Shown piece after piece: positions 14,601 to 26,700 of a stretch of DNA of 64,000 bases; the first letter of the stretch is position 1; each line of letters opens with the position of its first letter. Source of the DNA: Tubiluchus corallicola (Eukaryota > Animalia > Priapulida); NCBI GenBank assembly GCA_030141605.1, contig JAQGDQ010000046.1:852789-916788 (forward strand), given 5' to 3'. Below the pieces are notes generated by a model. The model made no database searches and had not been told where the DNA came from. It worked only from the letters and a program-made list of their open reading frames with translations. Position numbers and translations under genes: made by a program.

Positions 14601-16889
14601 ACAGACATTATATAGTCACACAATAATTTTAAATTTATAATTATTATTTTCTCAATTGAGATAATAAGTAATATAAATTTTATCAAGTCTATAGCCATTA
14701 GATTGTACCTCCAATTTAAATTTTGTTCTTATCTATAATTTCATCCAGCAATTTATACCTTACTGTATATCGAAGAGTAGAAACAGTCAAAATTTCTTGT
14801 TAGGAATTTGTGCATCAAGTGAGAGCTGATAAAAGGTAAACACATGATTATGCATGTATTGCTTATATGTCAGTTATTTCTTTTCCTTTGAGTTTTGTTT
14901 ACTTGATTTTGTTTTACATATTTTTCTGTGTATGCGCCATAAAGTATGCTTCAAAAATTATAAATGTTATTCTGCTTATTTTGTTCATTTTTTTTGCCAA
15001 TTTTGTTTACTCTTTGTTTGTTTGTTTACTTGCTTATTTTCTTTATTTTGGAAAAGATAAATGCATGGAGATGTGTTGTATATTTATAATTTGCTCCCCT
15101 CATTTTATTCCATATATGAGTATTGGTTTATGGTTTGTGTTTAAATGCATGTGCAACTAAGCCAGCTATGTATTTAATTATTGTACAGTTTAATCATTTG
15201 CTCATTCTTATTTAGTCGTGATTTTTTTATCTATCTATCTCTTGCTTTTCTCCCATTCAGCATAAAATACCAGTCTATTTAGAAAAGGAAAACACAATTG
15301 TTATTAAATTTCAAACTGAAAATCAATGGACAGTCAGGACTACATGGATTTAAATCAAAAGTTTGTATATTATATATGAAAACTACCAACCAAAAGTTCC
15401 CCTGACAGGAAACTCAATCTCAGATCTTGTGATATCCAACCACATTTGCTGAATATAAAAAATTCAAGGGTTTAATTCCTTGGATGGGAACTCACAGATC
15501 AACCTGATAGTTACGATAGTAGTGTCATCAAAAATCACAGATTGAAAATTCATCCTATTCGCTTATAAATTAATTGCCATGAAACTATCTTAAGGACAAT
15601 CGTGTGCGTCTGGTATTGTAATTGAAAAAAATCATGGTTTAAATCCTGGTTTAGGGAGACATTTTTCACATTCATATTTTTTGGTCAAGTTGGCTTCCAA
15701 AATTGGTAATAATATATTGCAGGTTTATTTTGTTATTTGGAGTATTATTTAAAATTATCTCAATCAAATATCTAAGTTGCCTTCTAAGTAAAATTTTATG
15801 TACAAAAATAGAGCTGGGCAAACTGCTCCCGTGTCACTCTGAAATAGCTTTTGCTTTTAGAACATTCTACCATCCAATCCCTCTCTTGCCACATTTGATC
15901 AAGGCTTCATCTGCAATTTCCCTTATATTTGCTGCAAAGCAAGTTTGTGAAGCAGCCATGTATGTTTGGTGAGCATTCCGCACCCATTCTGCAAGTTATT
16001 CCTGACGTCTGGTAAATGCCACTCTAGTCCATTAGGCTGTAGTATCGCATTCCCAGTGATCAAGGTAGCCCAAAGTTTAGCGCTTATAGCTGGCCTACTA
16101 ATTCAGCATTTCCAATGTTTTATTATCGTACTGTACCGTAGTGATTACTGAAGATCGACAGGGCGGTGAAGCCTATAAAGGCTTTTATTTACTATTATAG
16201 TTTATATGGTGAATGACGCATCCGAAACAGTGCTTTTACTGTTTTAGGTTGTACAAGTTTGACAAGCAGCGCATAAACAAAGTTTTTGCTTACCTTCGGA
16301 GTTTTAATGTGGTCCATGGCAAATTTATGGAATAAAATGTAGATATTACACTACACCCAGGGAGCAACCAGGCTCTGGAGCAACTACCCGCCTCACTCTA
16401 CCTTTCACGTACAACAACAGTTGCACCGCTAATGACAAATGTGATTAATGAGGCACTATTCATATTTTAAAAGAAGAGATTATGTCAATTAGCGTCCGGC
16501 TACTATCCGTAGCACAATTTCCTTGCCACGACAACAAAAGAACAATAGTACTGCTTACATTTTTAAGCAAAGTGACGAAATTTGCTTAATGAAACGACAA
16601 ATTTTTGAAATTTAACAAAAACAAAAGTTAACTTTAACCAATTTGATATTTGTAACCTCCGTCTGTTTCCCCGGATTTCCTGGCGCAGTACAAGTTTTGG
16701 CATGCTGTAGCATATCAACTACGCACAATACCATGTTTGAATTTTTCAACACTGGTGTCAGGCTCGTTAGTCGACTCGTCAGACTCGTCACTACCTTACA
16801 AATGTGTTAACAACATTTGAAGATATAAATAAAATTAGCTAGTTAAGATAAGATAACTAACTAAATAAAATAAAAGTAAACGAATGGTG

Positions 16890-17345
16890 ATAATAGTAAT
16901 AATAACAACAACAACAACAACAATAATAATAATAATAATAATAACAATAATAATAACAACAATAGTAATAATAATAATCACATATCCTTTGCATCAGTGC
17001 CTCCTCCATGCTGTCAGTGGTCTTGTCCAATAACCACCGACTGGATTGTGTCCACTGACTACTTTGTCTTGGAAGTCTTGTTTCATCTATCCTGCAACCA
17101 TTTCCTAGAAATTCCTTTGTTACTTTCTTGCTAGAGCACTTAAAGAAGTTTGACCAATTTTCCATCTCAGTGTTTCTCAAAGTGTTCGTGGAATATGTAG
17201 TATTCGATGTAGATGCCTGCTATCGAAATTGTCAAACGCCTTGTAAATGACTGATGTTAAAACCATGCTATCCAGTATCCATTCCATAAATTACAAGTGA
17301 GATTACATTGCTGTTGTATATTTTGTTTTAGTCCTTAAACATCTG
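16890..17345 (-). mobile_element. 3' fragment of an RTE-clade LINE with (TTA/TTG)n tail
   Basis: Minus-strand remnants YNSNVISLVIYG, AFDNFDSRHLHRILHI and FLGNGCRIDETRLPRQSSQWT match the RTE C-terminal pattern (YGSETW...DAFDxRCLRRIL...GHVxRM..RLPRQ...W). They run directly into the (AAT/AAC)n microsatellite at 16890-16978. Confidence 0.7.
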
Positions 17346-17544
17346 TTTGACCATAGCATACGACTGCAAGTAATGCAATTAGTGCAAATTTGCCACTAAA
17401 TGGCCGAGAAAGAATCACTCAGTCCGAGCGGTGTATAGTATGTATAGTTCCTTTTACACACCACTCTGCGCTCAGTCACCATAGCTGTGTCAAATTTACC
17501 AATGCCCTTTCTACGAGAGAAACGATCTTAATGTTCCGTAACAC

Positions 17545-18690
17545 TTTTGCTAGAACAATGATTTGAAAGCTGTTCTAGGCTGCTTGAGGGGCGCTAAAAG
17601 AATCTAGTTTGGGCTACCCTCTTCAATGTGAAAAAATGTCAACAATTTTTTAGGGAAGCAAAAGGGGGCCAATGAGTGCCAAATTAAAAAAAATCATGCA
17701 TCCTAATGAAATGCATATCAAATTACTCATCTTGTCACCCTTAACAAAAAATATATAGTTTGGCGTATCGCTGGCCTTTTCTTAGGTCACTACGGCTGCA
17801 TATTCAATAAAGTCGATGCACTTAATGGTCAAATTTACTTGGACTGTTACCAATTGATCTCAGGGCTTTATCTTAGCTGTCAGAGCAGATAGGATAACGA
17901 ATTTGCTGCCTAAATATAGTTTTTCAAGGTCAATGAATCCCTATCTCATGTTTAAAGGTCCCTATAATATCACCCCGTTTCAAGATGGCTGCTAACATGA
18001 CTGCAAATGTTGCGCAAAATGACAGAATTGCTCGTGTTGCCTTTAAAGCACTAAACTTTGCATAATGCCAAAATCTGTTCAGTCGATTAACTTTGGATAT
18101 GGAACTAATCAAAAATTATCTAATACGGACGCAGCTTGCAGACGGCCGAAAGATGGTTGTTGCTAGCCCATAAAGGCTATATATTTTAAGAATTGTGAAC
18201 AAAATCCACCTGTTTTGTCAAGCTAACTGGCACACACTGCCACAACATAACAAGATTATAGGTAACCACTGATATGTTTCCTCGAATGAATGTTACATGT
18301 ACAGTATTATATAATGCTTAGATACGTTGCTACGCTTTGTCTGGAACAAACATAATTATTATCTAAATACTTGAGCAAAAACAGTCAGCATCTTTAAATA
18401 GCTAACAAAATATCAGATTGGAATATGTTATTTATGCAGACGTTCAACACGAACTTTTTGTGCACTGATGATGTTTGTAAAAATGTGCAAAATTTCATGC
18501 AGTAACAAACCACAGCTTAGCTAGAATAATTATAGGTTGCCAATGCGTTTAATAATGCTGTGTAAGCATTGCCCTGCTCTGGCTTCTAACAACTCGGTGC
18601 AGCCTTTTGCTAGAACAAATATTTGAAGCTGTTTTAGATTCCCTGAGGTGCTCTAAAAGAATCTAGCTTGGGCCACCCTCTTCAAAGTGT
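17545..18690 (+). repeat. Two diverged ~85-bp direct repeats (about 17545-17630 and 18605-18690)
   Basis: ttttgctagaaca...gctgtt...ctaaaagaatctag.ttgggc.accctcttcaa occurs twice. Confidence 0.75.
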
Positions 18691-19672
18691 CAGCTATTTT
18701 ATAATGGCCGAATTTAAAAAAACCAGGAATCCTAATAAAGAGCAAACTTTCAAAGTAACAATTCAATGTAACATTAAAAATTTAACATGCAATTCATGTT
18801 ATTTAAAACACATTGTTTGCATTTTCTTGCCTATGTGTACATATATTTGACTTTCATTATTTGTAATTCTGTCTTATATGCTATGTTTTTGAAGACACAT
18901 AACCTTTAAGTAGAATATGAAATTTATTTATTCGATTTTTTTTTCAGCTGTGCATTTTCAAATCTAAGTAAAATAATTTTTATCATGATTCCAAAACATT
19001 GATGGGTTAATAGTAAATAAGTGAAAATGTAAAAAAAAAATGCAAATTTAACATTATTCCAGAAATATACATCAAGAGCAGAACGTGTTCCAGTAATCAC
19101 AGGACTAAAAAATTTGGCTATTGTTTAAGTTTTATCAAGCGTCACAAATACCAATATGATTCCCAATGATTTGGAAAAAAGATTTTTCCAGTCCGTTCTA
19201 ATCACATTATCTAGATGATAAAACTTTTACTACTTAGAAAAGGCATTATTTTTCCTGTCATGATTGAGATCTGTTTCGGATAGGGTACTAGGTCAGACTT
19301 TTTTATAATTACAGTAATTCTGCCAGTCCAAACGAAACAATCATTGTCTTTCACCATTCGGTAAAATGATTTAACCATAGATAAATATTTTGCTTCGTAA
19401 AGTTAGTGTCCCTTATTGCCCCTTATGAATATTATTGAAAATTTTGGCAGTTTAAGTTGAAAGCTGAAAATTCTATATTTTCCGTATTGTAACTAGCGTA
19501 ATATATTCAGTATTGTAAAATTAAAAGCACCACTGTGTTGCGTCACCTTGTATTGCCTCACACTTTAGCACAGTTCCATGTGCCACCTCACTGTGTACTG
19601 TCCTGCCATGTAACGTGTCAGCAGTACACATTGAAGTGTAATGATTATCACCATTACGGCCCACGGTATACG

Positions 19673-20645
19673 TAGGCTTACCGGAATAGAAATGTAGAAT
19701 ACGAGACACTCTTAAAATCTCTTTATATATTACTATATATAAATTTATAACCGTCTACACGTTCTCAGACTAAGTAATACTTTTAGTAGAGATATATAAA
19801 AGTAGTATATATAAAAATTTCATCCCAGCTTAAATGGTCGCCAGCTTTTCGTGTACTAACTTTACCTACAATGGTGGCTGATTTGCTAACCTCTAGGGTT
19901 TTTTCGCCACCCTTTCTCTAACTACTACTAAGTTATTTTGCTGTGTATTGCAAGAGATAAATAAATTTACCTAATCTTATCTGTGAAACCCGAATAAAAA
20001 CATAAAGCAAGGATTTTAATGGGTTATGAGGAAAACAAAAATAAAATCATTTGAAAATTATTTAATGCAAGCTCAAAAAATTCGGTAGAAGTAAAATCAT
20101 TTGAAAATGTTTATTTAACATAGACAACAGAGAAATATTATTATTGTTATTTAATATAAGGAATAAGATGACTAAAAGAAATTCTGAAAAAAATGAAATC
20201 ATTGCAAAGTTATTTTTCAATAGAAACAATATAAAAATGTATAGGAAAATAATTTTGAAAATTATTGTTTAATACAAAATAATACAGAATATAAACTAAA
20301 AATTTATTTTGGCTTGACAGTAAGACCAGTAGCATAACAACTGAACAAGTTGCAAACAGGTGGCAAACACATCAGTCTTCTGTAAACTTCTAGCAACACT
20401 AGCTGTATAGCTTTCTCGTTACATTTGGGTTGTTTTCATCTAGAGAATCTGAGAAAAAATTGTATAATTACTGATAAAGTTACAACTAAAAACCCAAGAT
20501 GGTAGTAAAAATATTTTTTTATTACAAAATCTGAAAATCAACTAAATATGGGAAATTTGGGTGTCCCTGAAAGGTCAATACGGACAGGAGAAAGTTATCA
20601 AATATGAGACATGTCCCTAATATAAGAGAGAGTCTGGCAACCCTA
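19673..20645. mobile_element. hAT-like non-autonomous DNA transposon (MITE)
   Basis: Left end TAGGCTTACCGGA versus reverse complement of right end TAGGGTTGCCAGA. Flanking 8-mers ggtatacg / ggtacgcg match at 6 of 8 positions. Confidence 0.6.
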
Positions 20646-22861
20646 GGTACGCGTCAGGATGGCACACTATGTGGGACGTTCGTGCTTGTTTGACTTCCCA
20701 TGTGCTGCCTCCCCTTGTACTACTTCGGCCGTATGCCGCATCACTGTGTGGGCATTGCCACGTAACTGCCTCATCGTACTGGCATGTACATTGCGCTGCA
20801 GTACATGTAAAGGTGTTATATGGCACTACAGTACATAGCGAGGGGCACTAGGTTTGGCTGTACTAGCCACCACAGTACACAGCCTGTTGAGCAAGCGTGA
20901 ATGTCCCATGTAGTATTCTCAGGCATCAGCTAGCGTATGTCAGTTTGACTGTCTACATTTATCAAAATCAGAATTCATTAGTTCCTTGACTGTGAGTAAA
21001 AGTATTAGTATGTACAATTGATGCAAAGTTCTGTTGTATTAACTATAACGAATTAAAATAAAATGTAAATATAACATTATAAGTAATTTTAGTTGCAATG
21101 TATAGGTGGAGGGCTGGCAAATGAGCATGAGTTATCGAGTCAGCCGCCTTATCATTCAAGTTTTTGGATAACATTTCCAAGTCAGACTTGAGTGTTAAAA
21201 GCCTATTAAGTTTTAGTCATTTCCAAGGCATACGGTACTTTGGTGTTCAAACTTATGTGGTCATTTCCAAACCAAACGTGACACTTAACTTTGTTATAAT
21301 AACTGTATTAACCTTGAAAATTATACTTACACAATATACTCCTTTCAAAGGGCACAGACATATCTTTTCAATTTCAGAAGCGTGCTGATAGATGGCATGC
21401 ATTTTGTGAATTATGTCATGAACCGAAATGATAGTCAGGAATTAAACCGAGCAACCCGGATTATTCCGACAGTTATTTATTTAACGGTTGCAAATTAGTT
21501 GTCAATGGATAACCAACAAGCTGATAACTGCATAAGAGTTAATTGTTAATCTTTCACTAGAACTTTTCAACGACTTTTGCCAGTGCAACAAATAAGCAAA
21601 AGCTGTGAATATCTGTCTTCCCGACATTCACCCTGACAATACACATATGCAATGAAAACTGCTGGTGAGTTTCCAGCAGTTTGGCCTTCATAGCTATTGA
21701 GTTAATTAATTTGTCACCTTTGCACGTAGATAGTTCCGCTCACAAGTTGAGTCAGTACATAGTGCCGCAGTGCATAGGGATGTCGAACAAGTGTGAGCAT
21801 CTTATGTAGCATCCCCAGGCACCATTTAAATTATCCACATTTATTACCTAAAGGTAATTGCTAGTGTGCAGTGAAAACATTAATTTTCTTAACAAAAATA
21901 TTATAAAATTGTTTGTAGGTTGTTTATTTAACTGATGTTGTCCTTGTTATGAAGAATTTCAAAACTCTATTTATTCAAAAGTTTTCGTATAATATTTGCA
22001 AGTCAGACATGGGCATTAAAACTTATGCAATTTTAGTTTTTTTCCAATATTCATCTTTCCGTTTTACATTAAACTATACTTCTACACACAGTGGCCTTCA
22101 AATAAAATCAACAAGAAGCTTCAGTTTCATCTCCAGTTGCTTGTTTTATGTGCTGTGTGAGACTTAATCTTTAAGCTTTCAACATAATTTTCGATTTTTG
22201 ACATTGCCACTAGCAATCAAAAGCTATAAGCCTTCACCGCGTGCACCATCTCACCGACAAGACACGTGCTCAGTGAAAACGGATTGCAACATCTTTTGCA
22301 TCAATTCAAGATCTACCATATAGCCAGAAAAACTTCTGTTTAAATTCTGTTACAATTTCTGAAGTAAATTCTATTACTTTTATATCGGGCAATCAACTAA
22401 TTTGCCACTTGTAAACACTTCTGTGTACAAAAAAGATATAATGCACCTTTTATAGTGCACCTACAAAAACCAAAATGTACAGTCTTGGAACCTGTGCATT
22501 AACTCTAGTACAGCAATTCAGCAAAGAGAAATTAGACAAATGTGACTATCTTTGAATATTAAATTTTTGATTCACGATTTCACAGCACTAGAGTTCACAT
22601 ATCAAAGAATTTCTTTTCATTGCAGCGCTTGATGGATTACTACTGTTACAAAGTTAATTTAGCTGTGAGACAATAGTTTGCTGGTTCTGATAAGAATAGT
22701 CTGTACTTGATCTGTCAAGTGTTCACTCAACATTTATTATATGGCACATGTAGACAGAGATAGGAAAGGACATGAGCTAAGGGAGAGAGAGAGCTGTAAA
22801 ACACAACACAATGGATTAAGATAGTTGTCTTTTGCAGGTCAAAGTACTTGATAGCATAAAA

Positions 22862-23628
22862 ATGGTGACAGGTTTCAACAACACCCCAGGAAAAACTGTA
22901 ACATTTGGCCCAACCACTACTACTACTGGTGGTAAGTATCTGTGTGCATAAAATTACATATTCATTCTGTTCTTAGTATTTTTAAGTTATAGTAGGAGTT
23001 TAATTTAGTACAAAACATTTACTGACATTTTGTTTAGTTTTAATTTCTTGCAAAACATTTTTGAGGCATTGTAATGTAACTTATTGTATTTCTATAACTT
23101 AATTTCTTTACTGTATAATACGAAAAATTAAAGCCCAAAAGTGCATATAAAGAACTTGAGAAGAGATATTTTTCAATGATTATTATAATATTGTTATATT
23201 GGCCTAAAGTATGGAACAAAATTCATTAATCTCACAAGGTGGTAGTTAGTATTGGAAAATTTAAATTCAGCAAAAAAAGATGTGTATAATTCGCATTCCG
23301 GTTAACTCCGTTGCAAAGTCCACTTCCCCTACTGTGCAGCACTGTTATAGTACAACTCGTATTTGAGTTTGAATTTTGCTTTCTTAAGTTAGCACACCAA
23401 GCAAAAATATTTTTTTGTTATCGTACCATCTACCATCATCCCCCACTTTATTCATCTGTCACTGTACTAATCTTATCTTCTTTGTAATCATCATTTTACC
23501 ATCAGGTTAGGCTTACGTGCTACGTCTTCCGACTTCCCTGCATCTGAATCAAATTGTATTTGGTATTTTTTGTTATGTAAATACTTGTGAATTTGTTGAG
23601 ATGGATGGACTAAATTATTATTGTTATT

Positions 23629-23708
<80 letters not shown>

Positions 23709-26700
23709 TGTTGCTGTTGCTGTTGTTGTTGTTGTTGTTATTATTATTGATATTATGACTACCAAAACTATTAGTGTATAGTACTAAACATTCTAGTTCT
23801 AAATTGTATTTAGTTTAAAAATAAATTTTATTGAAGAAACTATGCTTGAAGCAGACAGTTTTACAACTGATATATGTTCTCCCCTAGTGAGAGCGAAACG
23901 CTAGACATATGCAGAACAGGAGTGACCACAGTATACAACAAATGTTGTAATAATTATAAACAATACTTTGTAAAAAAAGTAACATGGTTAATATTATTTA
24001 AAGGACTTAGTGTTTGCAATAAAAAACTGCACTTATACAAATTTGTGTATTAACAGAATTATCTAGGGTGGGTTACCATGCAGGAACAGATGTACAAGTT
24101 CATTTGATGCACGACTATAGGCATTTATGTTAAAAGTTGACAAAAGAGTGCAGAGACTTATAAATAAATCATGTTGTATTTATACAGGTTTTGGTATTCC
24201 AAGTAGCATGGCAGCCACTCCAGGCTTCTCTTTTGGCACTGGTGGAGCATCTACTTCTGGTACTCCTGGGTTTGGTGTAGCTGGTGGTTTTGGTACAGCC
24301 ACTTCAGGACCAAATTTGAATATTGGTGCTGGTTTTGGTACAAGTAGCACCCCTCAGAATTTAGGAGTTGCTAGGCCTACAAATTTCAGTGCAGTAAGTA
24401 CAGCTGTTAGTTTTGGTGCAACTCCTGCTGCTCCATCTTCAGGATTTAGTTTTGGTACAACGACTGCTGCCCCGACCTTAGGATTTGGTAGTGCAAGTAC
24501 TACCGCACCAACTTTAGGGTTTCCTGGTTTTGGTGCTAAAACTACAGCGCCAACTTTAGGATTTGGTGCTACAGTTAGTTCAACAAATGCAGCACCAACT
24601 TTAGGAGGATTTGGTAAAATTGGAGGCTTTAGTGCGGCAAGCACAGCACCATCTTTGGGATATGGCGCTGGATTTGGCACAACAACTACTACGACTGCCA
24701 TGGGATTTGGCTCTGGCATTGGTACTGCAAGCACTGGAGCTGGGTTATCTACTGGATTTGGGATGACAACCCCTGCACTTACACTGGGGCCTAGCACTGG
24801 TTTTGCCGTAACTAGCACAGCAGCACCAAGCAGCCTTGGTGGACATGGTATGAGCAATATAGGAAGTAGCCTCGGTAGTGGCCAAACATTGAGTAAGCAT
24901 ATCTGTGATGTTATATCTAGTATTAATACTTATTTTTTTAAAGTCTGTGTAATATTTGAAAGAAGTTGTCACATAGTTTACTAAGGTAATGCATCACTCT
25001 TTCAATACATGTGGCTCCTGTATTACATGTGAACTAACTCAAAGAATTAGACCACTTGTCTTAATGCAGATTCTCTCAATTTATTAATTTTTATGTGCAG
25101 ACTTATGCAACAAATATATAAAAAACATAAGTTTTAAGTACCTGATCTAAGCAACTCTATAAACTAACTACTTATACAAGTATGCACCACTTGGGTATAT
25201 CACCTTGCATAACAATCCAGCCTGCTCAAACCTAATTGCACAGGCTTGTAAGACTCTTGTATACTGTCTTGTGTAAACTAAATTATACATAATCTTATCT
25301 AAATTTAGACAAGGTTATATAAAGTAAGCAAAGCTACAAATAAATGTGGAGTAATCTTACACAAACTTATACTCTCATGCAAATGACTCAGATTTATTTA
25401 ACCAAACTTCACTGGCAAATTTTATTCTATAATTTACAACAAGGATTTTTATTGTTTTTTTACAGTTGCTAGCTCACAGTAAACCATGTAGCTCTCTGGT
25501 AAATAATCCAATTTTTGTTTTAGTGATATTAAAATCAATTTCTAAATGCTGCCCTGAAATAGTAGATCCCAATGAGGAATTTTGTTAGGTAAAAAAATTT
25601 TATATCTTCAAATGTGTGTGAAATTTACATTTCTATTTGCTTCACCATCATGAGCATTCAAGAAGTGGGCTGCTGACAAAGGTTTTCCAGTCTTCTGCAT
25701 ATATATATATATATATATGCATGTAAACTATGTCCATCATTACCAACCGTAAAAATTAGTTTTGAGCTAAGCTATAAGGTTCCCTGTTATTTTTCGTAAA
25801 CAATTATTATATTGTGTAGATGTGCCATGCTAAATCATATGCAATTTATGAATGTAATACTCTAAAGCTTGAATGATGTTTCAGTATAGTAACTATTGTG
25901 CTGTTCTGGTACTTCTCTAATGTCCCTACTTTCTGATTTGCTAATTGTTGACACAAGTAACGGCCTGGAACTAGACATCGCTCGATCACATTTGTCTGAA
26001 AAGTTTGCACATTTCCATATCTTAATTTTTGTTATCAAGTTTTTGCATTCTGTCTTCAGAGCATCTCGAAAATCTTTAATCTTAAATGCGTACACAAAAA
26101 TATTCATGAGACTATTAGAAATGCCAAGCAAGTAAAAGTAACTGAAATTCGTTATTTCCATGGTGAAAGCACAGTCATCTATTTCGTCGCAGATGCGATA
26201 CAACAATGAGGCAATGAAGAACGGGAACCAGGAGACAATGAATAGTCCAACAGTTAGTGTGATTGCTTTAACCAACTTTAAGCTATTTTCCAGATGGTAT
26301 GAGTCAACATCCAAGTTATGCGGTATGCTGTTGCGGATCAGTTGCCGTTGTCTTATTGCGGCCTGCACGATCTTGGTATAGCAAAATATAATGGTCGGGA
26401 AAATAAAACTAGCTCTGAGTATGTCACATATAAGTGCAAATATGCCAAATGATCCCTCAAAGTACAAACAATCGTGGTTCCCGGTCTGGCCATCTGCGTA
26501 ATATATACTAGCGCCCATGATGCTTAGAGTCAGAGAAACTGACCATATTCCAACTTCACTGATGATGACCTTCTTATTGGTGATTATGCTATGTCGTCGC
26601 AATGGGTACACAATGCAGATATATCTCTCCACAGAGATGGCTCCATATAAACCAACTGAAGCAGTAATTGAGAGAGAAAGAACTCCCATTGCTGCTGCGC

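Noticed and set aside
16147-16185. CTGAAGA...GAAG hammerhead-like motif
   Set aside because: Lacks GAAA, the A-U closing pair and a convincing helix I.
16857-17180. Tyr/Cys-rich 107-aa protein
   Set aside because: Translation of an RTE fragment plus its microsatellite tail.
23517-23750. Poly-cysteine protein
   Set aside because: Translation of an intronic (TTG/CTG)n microsatellite.
24354-24857. 167-aa antisense ORF (also 28141-28440)
   Set aside because: Shadow ORFs opposite the Gly/Thr/Ala-rich NUP58 exons.
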